Of a stretch of DNA of 20,000 nucleotides, positions 9,021 through 17,430 are shown piece by piece. How positions within the stretch are numbered: the stretch's first letter is position 1; the number at the start of each line of letters is the position of its first letter. The notes beneath the pieces were generated by a model. The model searched no databases. It worked only from the letters and a program-made list of their open reading frames with translations, and was not told the DNA's origin. Both the position numbers and the translations under genes were made by a program. The stretch is taken from IMG/VR virus record IMGVR_UViG_2875535316_000004; one strand, 5' to 3'. This DNA comes from an uncultured virus (IMG/VR IMGVR_UViG_2875535316_000004) (lineage: Duplodnaviria; Heunggongvirae; Uroviricota; Caudoviricetes).

Positions 9021-9431
9021 TTTGGTGTGATTGCCCTTTCGATCACGGGCCGCTCTGTGGCGCTCAAGGTGGGTCATTTCCTGTTGCCACTTTGAAAGGA
9101 ACTTCAACCAGTCGTGCAGATAGGCGCCTTCAACTACACGGGTTGAACCGTAGCTTGCACACGAGAAGCGCTCACGCCACGGTTCCGGTATAGCGTCGTC
9201 CCGCAAGATGGCTATCCCAATCGGATGAGGCTCAGAGGCTACCTGATTCGCGACCTCGTCAACGGTGGCGATCCGACCTGACCCAAGCCAAGCTTGTTCC
9301 TGCTGGTCAATCTCATCCAGCACCCTCAAAACACATAGTGCTCTTGGATCTCCAGGGGCAAGGTGAGCGAGCGTCCATAATGTTCTTCGCCGGCGGGTTT
9401 CACGGAGATGAAGCGAATCATCACTGGCCAT
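9009..9431 (-). CDS. Hypothetical protein (140 aa)
   Basis: Lies in an operon with 9443..9661. A paralog remnant at 3246-3379 supports coding status. Confidence 0.7.
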   Translation of the reverse strand: MASDDSLHLRETRRRRTLWTLAHLAPGDPRALCVLRVLDEIDQQEQAWLGSGRIATVDEVANQVASEPHPIGIAILRDDAIPEPWRERFSCASYGSTRVVEGAYLHDWLKFLSKWQQEMTHLERHRAARDRKGNHTKSVL

Positions 9432-9442
9432 GGCGTCAATTC

Positions 9443-9661
9443 CTAGTGTGGCTTGCGACCGTGCCCGCCCTCGCCGGCGAGCATGCCCTCAACGAACTCG
9501 ATGGACATCTCCAGCTCGCCCTCGGTTTCCTTGAAGACCGATTCAAGTGATGGATGAGCGCCTGAGGCGCGAAGCTTTGCTATCAGATCCAGGAGCTCTC
9601 GGCCTTGGGCCATGGTCATTTGGATGCTGCAGTACACAGTGTCCTTCGCATCTCGACTCAT
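9443..9661 (-). CDS. Small hypothetical protein (72 aa)
   Basis: SD GGAGA before ATG 9661, downstream of repeat copy B. Confidence 0.65.
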   Translation of the reverse strand: MSRDAKDTVYCSIQMTMAQGRELLDLIAKLRASGAHPSLESVFKETEGELEMSIEFVEGMLAGEGGHGRKPH

Positions 9662-9707
9662 ATGTTCTCCAGTCAACATGCCATAGCGGTGCGCGCCCTA
9701 AAGGGTC

Positions 9708-9784
9708 GGCTGGCGTGAACCGAGCCACCTTTCAGTGTCTCGGCCCTCCGGGCTTTCATCCTCGCGCCTGCGCGCTCCGCTTGC
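9708..9784. repeat. Conserved structured repeat, copy B
   Basis: ggctggcgtgaaccgagcc-[acctttcagt]-gtctcggccctccgggctttcatcctcgcgcctgcgcgctccgcttgc. Confidence 0.85.
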
Positions 9785-9856
9785 TTGGACGCCGGCAACC
9801 TCTGGCGCGGCGGACGAGTACAGCGAGGACGGCGATGATCAAGCCGCCCCTCTCTT

Positions 9857-10435
9857 TCACTTGTGAAGCTTGCTGAAACGGGTCGCTAACGTAGCAGGCT
9901 CCATCACCATCCAGCTCTGTGGGTCAGCCGTACATTTTACCATTCGCCAGGCCGCATGAAGGAAAAACGCTGCCGCTAGCCCACCTTCGACTATTGCACA
10001 CGTCGTTATCTGCGAGATTTCAACACCAGTGATACCCAAAAAGCGCACTAGATAAATGGTGGCGGGCCAACCCAAAACAAACACGACGGCAAAAGCTATC
10101 ATCGCGTAGAAAGCAAAATAGGTAGGAACTTGCCACCGATACTTGGTAGCAAAATTTCTCACACCTTTATTATTGTCAAATCCGTAGAGGACTCCAAAGT
10201 TTTTCTCTTTATTCTTGGAGTTTTTGACAATGGCGTACAGCGTAACGTCGTCGCCGTCATTAAGCTCTTCGTAAAACTCCGCTTCCATTTGAAGGTTCGG
10301 TATTTTATGGCCGTCCAGGCTCACGGTCGCTTTAAGCCCCTTGCTCATCCGATCCGTCACCTTAACGTAATCGAGCTTTCCCGAGACTTTCGCGCAGTCG
10401 AATTTAATCACTACATATCCTATGAATTCAGCCAA
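9857..10435 (-). CDS. Membrane protein (N-terminal beta-rich domain plus 2 TM helices)
   Basis: 192-aa ORF with two hydrophobic segments near the C-terminus. The start codon is uncertain. Confidence 0.7.
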   Translation of the reverse strand: MAEFIGYVVIKFDCAKVSGKLDYVKVTDRMSKGLKATVSLDGHKIPNLQMEAEFYEELNDGDDVTLYAIVKNSKNKEKNFGVLYGFDNNKGVRNFATKYRWQVPTYFAFYAMIAFAVVFVLGWPATIYLVRFLGITGVEISQITTCAIVEGGLAAAFFLHAAWRMVKCTADPQSWMVMEPATLATRFSKLHK

Positions 10436-10593
10436 TCGAGGTATGTGGGTCAGCGCCGTCCTCGCCTAGCCAACGAGGCCGGAAGCACCCGCCCAGACAG
10501 CTTGAGCAAGCCTTTCTGCCCCATCAAGGGGACTATAAACCGTCGAATGGGGCATGGCAATCTGACTTCATGCTCCATTTGCTGGAGCGTTTT

Positions 10594-11040
10594 ATGCTGC
10601 CCCGCCATGCACTCGCGGCTGTCATCCGCGCTCTCCGAGCGATAAAGGGTGTGAGCCAGGCGGAGTTGCCTGCAGACCGCAAGCACCTCTACAAGCTCGA
10701 GGCCGGTCTTTCCAACATCAGTCTCGACATGCTCGTTCAACTGGCTCAATCGCTAGATGTAGCTCCGGCCACGCTCGTGGTTCTATTACAGGCAATTGAC
10801 CAGTCATCCACGCCCGATTCGATCATCGACAGGGTAAGGTCTGAGCTGGTGGATTTTGATCGACTGGGCGGGACTGCAGAATTGGGTCGACAGGTCGAAC
10901 TGGGTGGAGAGCAATCCAGGAACGCTGCTATTGAGGATCGAACAGCTGCGATTCAAGCGTGCAAAGCCAAGGGCCTCACTCAACGACAAACGGCTGCTGA
11001 ACTAGCCCTTTCGAAGTCTACCGTTGCTAGGGCGTGGTGA
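10594..11040 (+). CDS. XRE-family HTH regulator with a second C-terminal HTH
   Basis: IRALRAIKGVSQAEL...LYKLEAGLSNISLDMLVQLA (XRE) and KGLTQRQTAAELALSKSTVARAW (HTH). Confidence 0.8.
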   Translation: MLPRHALAAVIRALRAIKGVSQAELPADRKHLYKLEAGLSNISLDMLVQLAQSLDVAPATLVVLLQAIDQSSTPDSIIDRVRSELVDFDRLGGTAELGRQVELGGEQSRNAAIEDRTAAIQACKAKGLTQRQTAAELALSKSTVARAW

Positions 11041-11146
11041 CAGCAGATCGCGCACCGTTGCCTCACGGCAGCCGAACCTCAATGTCCATCTAGGTGGAGA
11101 CAGTGATGCTGTTGATCCATAGATGCGTGATGTATAGCCTTGTGGT

Positions 11147-11271
11147 GTAGGTGTCTGGCACCAAACCCTCAGCGCTGAGGAAATGACCTCTTTACCGGCA
11201 CACCCAAAGCCCGCCTGGAAGAGCCAGAGATCCCGAGCGACACCGCTGAACCGCCGATTGGCGGTTTTTTT
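11147..11271 (+). ncRNA. Candidate ~125-nt sRNA or attenuating leader upstream of the sirtuin
   Basis: Promoter TTGATC (11112)-N17-TAGCCT (11135). 5' GGTGTC pairs with GACACC (11239-11244). Internal palindrome cctcagcgctgagg. Ends at a terminator. Confidence 0.4.
11249..11271 (+). terminator. Rho-independent terminator
   Basis: aaccgcc-gatt-ggcggtt followed by a T run. Confidence 0.7.
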
Positions 11272-11302
11272 CTGCCTCACGCTACGCTCCCGGAGGGATG
11301 TC

Positions 11303-12067
11303 ATGACAATGGACGCTGCTGCACTCCAGCTTCGAAGCGCGCAACGCGTAGTGGTGTTTACGGGGGCGGGCGCGTCAGCTGAGAGCGGGATCCCGACCTT
11401 CAGAGAGGCATTGACTGGACTTTGGGAACGATTCGATCCGGCTCAGTTAGCGACCCCTGATGCTTATCGTGCGGATCCGTCCCTCTGTTGGGGCTGGTAT
11501 GAGTGGCGCCGTCGAAAAGTAGCTTTAGCGCAGCCAAATGCTGCACACCATGCGATAGCTGAGCTCGCCAGGCGTGTGCCTAAGCTGACAGTCGTCACGC
11601 AAAACGTCGATGACTTACATGAGCGTGGTGGAAGCCTTGAGGTGATCCATTTGCACGGCAGCCTGAACTCCCCCAAGTGTATAGACTGTGGGCTTACCCA
11701 TACACTTGCCCTTCCCTTGGATACCCTTCCCGAAGGTGGGGTTCGCCTGGAGCCGCCTCGATGCAGCGGATGCAATGGGTTTATTCGCCCTGGGGTAGTC
11801 TGGTTCGGAGAATTGTTGCCTGAGCAAGCTTGGAGCGACGCCTTGGAGGCAGCAGAGGATTGCGATTTCTTTCTATCGGTCGGGACTTCAGGGATCGTTT
11901 ACCCAGCAGCCGAGCTTCCGCTTCGCGCCCTGGGGAATGGCGCAACGGTCGTCCACGTAAACCCGGTGGTTTTCAATGTCAGCAGCCAGGAGCATTTTTT
12001 GGAGGGGGCTGCATCACACATGCTGCCAACCCTCCTCCGCCGTGCGTTCCCTGATGCGGGGATCTAG
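11303..12067 (+). CDS. cobB: NAD-dependent protein deacylase (Sir2/CobB-like)
   Basis: TGAGASAESGIPTFR, TQNVDDLHERGG, HLHGSL, two CxxC pairs, RPGVVWFGE and GTSGIVYPAA. SD GGAGG. Confidence 0.9.
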   Translation: MTMDAAALQLRSAQRVVVFTGAGASAESGIPTFREALTGLWERFDPAQLATPDAYRADPSLCWGWYEWRRRKVALAQPNAAHHAIAELARRVPKLTVVTQNVDDLHERGGSLEVIHLHGSLNSPKCIDCGLTHTLALPLDTLPEGGVRLEPPRCSGCNGFIRPGVVWFGELLPEQAWSDALEAAEDCDFFLSVGTSGIVYPAAELPLRALGNGATVVHVNPVVFNVSSQEHFLEGAASHMLPTLLRRAFPDAGI

Positions 12068-12186
12068 ATCCAATCTTCTTCGCGACGGATGATGGTCATC
12101 AGATGCTCCCAGGCTGTTCGATATGTCCCCCGACGGTAGCCAGCTTCGCGCCAGTTTCAATACCACGCGGCTTACCGAGCCGTACT

Positions 12187-12513
12187 CTACCCGGAGGAGG
12201 TCAGCGAGGCGAACCATTCCGCGTAGGGCGTGCTGGTGACCTTGCGTCGGTTGTAGTCCGGGCTGCCATCAGTCCACCAAACAGCTCCGCGCTCCCCTAG
12301 CGCTAGTTTGGCAGCGTGGACACTTGCCCTGGCCCGTTGCAGTGCTGATGCGTCGTCTTCTGCTTTGGCTTGCTTAACGGCGCGACGAGCTCGCATCAGA
12401 TCGCCGACCAGTGCTTGCCTGGTAGCTTCAGAGAGACCTGGGTTAGAGCAGCGCCACAGCGTCTCTTTGACGACGAAATATCGACCGTCTGGAGTATGGG
12501 GATGTGTTGGCAT
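12187..12513 (-). CDS. Conserved hypothetical protein (108 aa)
   Basis: TPDGRYFVV..LWR.SNP...ALGERG.VWW.DG.PD.NR pattern. The ORF-track extension to 12651 runs over repeat C. Confidence 0.7.
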   Translation of the reverse strand: MPTHPHTPDGRYFVVKETLWRCSNPGLSEATRQALVGDLMRARRAVKQAKAEDDASALQRARASVHAAKLALGERGAVWWTDGSPDYNRRKVTSTPYAEWFASLTSSG

Positions 12514-12600
12514 TGGATCTCTGCGGTTCGACCTTTCCAGATACGACCTTGATGGCCGCCGGGCGGTTCTCGTGAAAGGATCTGTGTGCCCTAAGGGCCC

Positions 12601-12677
12601 GGCTGTCGTAAACCGAGCCGTCGCCGACGTCTCGGCCCTGCGGGCGTCCATCCGTCACGCCTGCGCGCTCCGCTTGC
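12601..12677. repeat. Conserved structured repeat, copy C
   Basis: ggctgtcgtaaaccgagcc-[gtcgccgac]-gtctcggccctgcgggcgtccatccgtcacgcctgcgcgctccgcttgc. Confidence 0.85.
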
Positions 12678-13166
12678 CTGCAGCTGGAATTCGGAACATT
12701 TTCTATATAATCGTTCAAGGATCACGGAATACTCGGCATAGATGCCCTAGGCCAGCCTCGGTTGGTCGATGATCCACCCTTCTGAGCTAACAAGCGCTCT
12801 TAACCAAAGACAAGCGATGACCCACAAAGACGACCAGGATGCAGCTATCGTGGCGCTGCGGCGCGTGTTCAGCAGATCACTTCGACCTGGCTGAATCTGG
12901 TTGACGATATCGCTGCCATGCAGCAGCTGATGAATGCTCTACACGGATTGAGCCTGCTGTCCGGAGAGCGCCGTGTGGCTAAGCAGGAGTAGCTGCAGAC
13001 AAGGTACGCCGGCACGCCCAAAGGGGATTTGCTCACGCGGCTGTTTGGCTCCGGATGCGAATGATGGAAAACGTGCCGCACAATGCCTGATGCTTACATA
13101 GCTCTACAAACAGGCGGCCAGCTTGCAATACATTAACTGACCGTAAATCCATCCAAGGCCGCACCG

Positions 13167-13325
13167 ATGACCTCAAACGAAAAAAACACGAAGAACAAGC
13201 AGGCCACCGCCGCATACGAGCAGAAGCAAAACCGAAAGCGACCTGCCTTTCTCAACTAGGCCACGCTTGACCAGATCGCGCTTGATCACTCGCAATACCT
13301 CAAAGAGGTAGGTGCTAACAAGTAA
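13167..13325 (+). pseudogene. Paralog of 8832..9020 with an in-frame TAG
   Basis: ATAAYEQKQNRKRPAFLN*ATLDQIALDHSQYLKEVGA vs ATEAYERKQGRGRPEFLNQDTLDRVAHDHAKDLVELGA. TAG at 13257. Confidence 0.75.
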
Positions 13326-13352
13326 GGATCGCTGAATTACCTAGGTGACGAC

Positions 13353-13595
13353 TTGTGGGAGAGAACATGCAGTTTCAAAAAACTCGAGACCCTGAACGAG
13401 TTGAGGTTGAGCTCCGTGCAGCTGTCCATGCAGCCGCTGGCTATCCACCACCAGTACATGATCGAGCGTTGGATGAAGAGTCAATCATCCAGTCAGCCAA
13501 GCTCGCCCGAGCTCTCGCGCCTTGTAAAGGAGATTCGAGCTCATCACCTGACTGAGCGCTACCTCACCTATGGCGAGGCAGGTTCAAAGTGCTAG
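13353..13595 (+). CDS. Possible small hypothetical protein
   Basis: 80-aa ORF filling the gap, convergent with 13592..13810 with a 4-bp overlap. Start uncertain. Confidence 0.35.
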   Translation: MWERTCSFKKLETLNELRLSSVQLSMQPLAIHHQYMIERWMKSQSSSQPSSPELSRLVKEIRAHHLTERYLTYGEAGSKC

Positions 13596-13810
13596 TGACT
13601 TGGCTCGGGAGGGCCGCCTAGGGCCCGAAGCTGATAGTCCGTGACGCTCTGAAAGCGATGTTCAGCCATCAGACGCAAATGCTCGAGTTCCTTGCCAGAA
13701 ACACCATCTGCTTGCGCCTGGTGGTACCGCTTCAGCGCCTCGACCGCTTGAACGTACATCGGATCGTCCGGCATCAAAACGTTGCTAAGATCCTTATGCT
13801 TCATGGTCAT
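13592..13810 (-). CDS. Small helical hypothetical protein
   Basis: 72 aa, translationally coupled (ATGA overlap) to 13807..14055. Confidence 0.65.
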   Translation of the reverse strand: MTMKHKDLSNVLMPDDPMYVQAVEALKRYHQAQADGVSGKELEHLRLMAEHRFQSVTDYQLRALGGPPEPSH

Positions 13811-14055
13811 CTCACTGAAGTCGGGAAGGGCAGGCTTGAGTCGATGACAACGACATTCTGCTTTTCGGTGGCAGGATCATCGGGCTCGCCCGCAAACCAA
13901 CTGAGCGACTCGTAGCCCATGATTTTCCCTTCACGCACAACGTCTTCATAGCACACCACAGCGTCCTCCAACGCAGAACAATCGGATCGCGGAATCAGCA
14001 CCGGTAAGGTTGGGTCATACTTGCGCAACTCTTTGATCAACTCACCAACATTCAT
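13807..14055 (-). CDS. Small acidic hypothetical protein (phage-like MxVxELIxxL N-terminus)
   Basis: SD GAGGAG, 82 aa. Confidence 0.7.
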   Translation of the reverse strand: MNVGELIKELRKYDPTLPVLIPRSDCSALEDAVVCYEDVVREGKIMGYESLSWFAGEPDDPATEKQNVVVIDSSLPFPTSVR

Positions 14056-14300
14056 AATTACTCCTCGGATTCCAGCACCGTCTACCTCGTCGATGGGCAG
14101 AGCATAGTCGGCGGCTCACATGCATTCACTGGCCAGCAGAGTCGTGAGTGCAGTCGCCTAACGTGAACCAATTGCACCAAACAGTCTTTGGGCATTTCTA
14201 ACATTCGTGCAACGGGACTCTACCGGCCCAGATAGTGGCGCATAGCCACACACCAGCTACGCTGAGAGGCCATCCCCACCGCACACAGGGAAGTCCCGCC

Positions 14301-16070
14301 ATGCATGCGTTGAGCAAAATCCACATCCAAAACTTCCGCTCTTGCAATCAAGTCTTTTTGCCGCTGGGTGATTTCACCCCACTGGTTGGTCAAAACAATG
14401 CAGGGAAATCCACGATCCTCGACGCGATCAGGTTGGTGCTTGCGCCAAAGGCATTTGCAAAGACAGATGCAAACGACCCCAGCCAGCCGATCATCATCAG
14501 TGCATGCGTATCTGGCATCACTGAGGAACTGATCGAACAAATTCCTGAAGCCAAGCATCGAGCCGCGATTACCCCCTACTGCATCGGCGGAAACCTTTGG
14601 ATAAGGATTTCTGCATCAGGCTCAGCAAAGCCGACTTCGGAGGTCTGGGCAGACGCCAATCTAGACGAGCAAGGCCTGCCTGCGTCCTGGCGCTCCTATC
14701 CCACGGGGCTGCCGCAGGCTATTTCGGCATTGTTACCTGAGGCGTTGCACATCCGCGCCATGGACGATGTCCAGGAGGACTTAGGCAAAGGCAAAGCAGG
14801 CAGCACAATTCGAGGACTGCTGGACGAAATCATGGCGCCTATCCTCACCGCGCACCAAGAAGTACAGGACGCACTCACAGCGGTCAGGAACATCCTGGGC
14901 GCCGACGGCGAGAATAGATCCCCTCTCCTGACAGATTTTGATAACAGTGCCAACAGTGCCCTCTCCAGCTTCTTCCCTGGCTTGCTGCTGAACCTGGACG
15001 TACCATCTATCGACGTTAAGGAGTTCTTCAAAAGTGGTGATTTAAACGTGACCGATGAGATATCCGGTCAAACCAGGCGATTCGACACCCTAGGTAGCGG
15101 TGCACAGCGTGCGATCCAAATGGCATTGATACGGCTTCTGGCTGACATTAGAAAAACCCGCGATCAAGATCTTGCCCGTCGACTCCTACTGATCGACGAG
15201 CCCGAAATTTTTCTCCACCCGCAAGGTGTCAGGGGCCTCCGGGAAGCGCTCCAGATGCTTTCAAAATCTGGCTACCAAGTGGTGTTCACCACGCACTCGC
15301 CATTGATGGTAAGCAGGGATAACGCCCCAGATACGGTGATCGTTCGCAGGTCACGAGAGCACGGCTCGGAGGTTCGCGTCCCCATGGGTGCAGCGGTTGC
15401 GCAAGCTATCTCAGAGGCACAAGCCCAATCTCGAACTCTCTTTGAGCTTGGGAACATTGCTGAGATCTATTTTGCCGAAAAGGTGATTCTCTGCGAGGGC
15501 AAGACCGATCAGAGGCTACTACCTCTCATCTACGAAAAGCTCTATGGAGTAAGGCCTGAGCTCGAACGTATTTGCTTTGTTGCTCTCGGTAGCTGCACGT
15601 CCATTCCCAAGGGCTTTTCTGTACTGACAGCCATGGGCATCAAATGCGGTGTGATCGCAGATTTGGATTTCGCATTCACTCATGCCAGGGGCACCTGGCT
15701 ACCGAAGGAATGCGAAGAGATGACTAACGTCAAGTCTGTGCTTCAAACTGTTAGCCAAGCTGAAGGCTTCCAACTCGGTGGCCACGGGATGCCTCAGAAC
15801 TCCAGAAGCGGAACAGCGGCCGACTGCTGGGCTGCTTTTGCGAGACATACTGACGGCCAAGCACTCGCAAACGCTGCTCATGAAGCTATGAAAGAATTCA
15901 ATACCTGGGTCTGGCCAATGGGGTGCATTGAGGATGCCTTGAACATCACGGAGAAGGGAGAGGCAGCGATAATCGCTCAGGAAGACAGCATTAGGAGTTG
16001 GCAGCCAGCAGTGATTGATCAGGAGTATCCGGTTTTCCGTAGCACTCTGGACTGGATGCGAGCCATCTAA
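14301..16070 (+). CDS. OLD-family ATP-dependent nuclease (ABC ATPase plus TOPRIM)
   Basis: Walker A GQNNAGKST, signature LGSGAQR, Walker B LLLIDEPE, H-loop TTHSP, TOPRIM CEGKTD and ADLD. Confidence 0.9.
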   Translation: MHALSKIHIQNFRSCNQVFLPLGDFTPLVGQNNAGKSTILDAIRLVLAPKAFAKTDANDPSQPIIISACVSGITEELIEQIPEAKHRAAITPYCIGGNLWIRISASGSAKPTSEVWADANLDEQGLPASWRSYPTGLPQAISALLPEALHIRAMDDVQEDLGKGKAGSTIRGLLDEIMAPILTAHQEVQDALTAVRNILGADGENRSPLLTDFDNSANSALSSFFPGLLLNLDVPSIDVKEFFKSGDLNVTDEISGQTRRFDTLGSGAQRAIQMALIRLLADIRKTRDQDLARRLLLIDEPEIFLHPQGVRGLREALQMLSKSGYQVVFTTHSPLMVSRDNAPDTVIVRRSREHGSEVRVPMGAAVAQAISEAQAQSRTLFELGNIAEIYFAEKVILCEGKTDQRLLPLIYEKLYGVRPELERICFVALGSCTSIPKGFSVLTAMGIKCGVIADLDFAFTHARGTWLPKECEEMTNVKSVLQTVSQAEGFQLGGHGMPQNSRSGTAADCWAAFARHTDGQALANAAHEAMKEFNTWVWPMGCIEDALNITEKGEAAIIAQEDSIRSWQPAVIDQEYPVFRSTLDWMRAI

Positions 16071-16120
16071 GCGAGTAGACCCAGGTACTTCATCTAGAAA
16101 AGCCTCCTTTGCCGCACCGA

Positions 16121-16150
16121 TGATAAAGCCCCCATCAGGGGGCTTTATCA
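16121..16150. terminator. Probable bidirectional terminator between the convergent OLD and mvaT genes
   Basis: Perfect 13-bp stem tgataaagccccc-atca-gggggctttatca. Confidence 0.75.
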
Positions 16151-16168
16151 ATCTACCGGTGGAGCTTG

Positions 16169-16537
16169 TTACTGGGCGAGCCAGCCTTCCACCACGTCAG
16201 AACCGTATTTAGCTTTCCATTCCTTGAGCAGCTTGTGATTGCCGCCCTTGGTTTCGATGAGCTCGCCGTTGTGCGGGTTCTTATACAGCTTAACCTGGCG
16301 TGCACGACGCGGGGACTTTTCAGCTGCTGCAGGGGCAGCGGTACGACGGCTGGCTTGAGGATCCAGAATGTTGATGATGTCGCGCAAGCTATACCCATAC
16401 TTGGCCAATAGATCACGCAGTTTGGTCTCAAACTCGATCTCCGCTTGCAGCTCGGCGGATCCTTTCATCGCTTCCAGTTCGGCCAGCTGTGCGGCCAATG
16501 TTTGCTCAAGCTTACGGAATTCTGCGAGACGGGACAT
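16169..16537 (-). CDS. mvaT: MvaT/MvaU-family H-NS-like nucleoid protein
   Basis: MSRLAEFR...EIEFETKLRDLL and YKNPHNGELIETKGGNHKLLKEWK. Probably an accessory paralog. Confidence 0.9.
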   Translation of the reverse strand: MSRLAEFRKLEQTLAAQLAELEAMKGSAELQAEIEFETKLRDLLAKYGYSLRDIINILDPQASRRTAAPAAAEKSPRRARQVKLYKNPHNGELIETKGGNHKLLKEWKAKYGSDVVEGWLAQ

Positions 16538-16654
16538 ATGAAATCCTGAGGTTTTTAAAAGACAGGTGCATTCTAGCGATAAGTTTCGAGCTTAGCTTAG
16601 TTTTCTTAGCAGCAGTTAGGATTCCTGCTCACTCGGAATACTGATCGCCTTAAC

Positions 16655-17260
16655 CTACTGCCCCCTCGCTCGTCGTTCGAGCTCATCTAGACCCCGAACC
16701 CTCTGCTCCAAATCTTGATCTCTGTCCCACTCCCCCGGGCCCACCTTCTCTTTGGGCAAGCCGGCAAATTCAGCCAGTCGACTTATAATCTTGGACACCT
16801 CTAGGCCTAGAACTGCATACCCTCGTTGCCGAGTCCAAAAGAACTCACAATGATCGGGAGGGTCGTAATTGTACTCCTGGATCGCGCTGAGCTTACCGTG
16901 GAGCTTGTCTTGATAATCCGGGATGCGGATTATCGAATACATCAAATTCTTTGGAAGCAATTTCCAGTTGATGTCGATATCAAGCGGATTAAAGGCCGGT
17001 ACAGTCGTGACCGTTTTCCATTCGCCATCCTCCCCTGCAGGCTGCCCTTGCCAAGTTCCATCGTCCCTAGCGACTTCCAAGCATTCAGTGGCGAAACGGT
17101 CGAGATGGGAGATCAAGAGGATCCCCGCATACGATATATCTCGCTTGTCCTTCCGCCGAGTTGCGCCCCATTCCTTGGCCAAAACGAAAGCGTTGCCCAG
17201 CAATACACCAGTGATCCCAGCTACTGCTGAAATGATGGCCGAAACATTCCCTGCATCCAC
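16655..17260 (-). CDS. Hypothetical protein with a single N-terminal TM helix
   Basis: 201 aa, GTG start after SD GGAGG, hydrophobic segment VSAIISAVAGITGVLLGNAFVLA. Confidence 0.75.
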   Translation of the reverse strand: MDAGNVSAIISAVAGITGVLLGNAFVLAKEWGATRRKDKRDISYAGILLISHLDRFATECLEVARDDGTWQGQPAGEDGEWKTVTTVPAFNPLDIDINWKLLPKNLMYSIIRIPDYQDKLHGKLSAIQEYNYDPPDHCEFFWTRQRGYAVLGLEVSKIISRLAEFAGLPKEKVGPGEWDRDQDLEQRVRGLDELERRARGQ

Positions 17261-17430
17261 CCGCCACCTCCTGCTTATAGATCGCTATTGATGCATTCAC
17301 GATGAGTTGCCCTCATCACTTTCAGTAGTCAATACATCTCCCGCCTGAGCTATTGACCCTGAGCCATGGAGTCAAAACGGAACGCCGATAACTAAACCTA
17401 GAGTTTGATGTCCGACGTTGAGAGTGCCCG

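Noticed and set aside
11150..11244. tRNA gene
   Set aside because: An acceptor-like stem exists, but there is no TTC-containing T-loop or canonical cloverleaf.
11303..12067. Sir2 as a Thoeris/DSR-type defence NADase
   Set aside because: It has classical CobB deacylase motifs with a zinc ribbon, no extra domains and no partner genes.
3121..12677. Repeats as a CRISPR array or integron attC sites
   Set aside because: They are kb apart and irregularly spaced, no cas genes are present, the full copies lack paired RYYYAAC/GTTRRRY ends, and I could not identify an IntI-type integrase.
8418..12772. ORFs 8418..8606, 9547..9876, 12308..12772 and the 12514-12651 extension
   Set aside because: These are incidental frames across the GC-rich repeat or antisense to better-supported genes.
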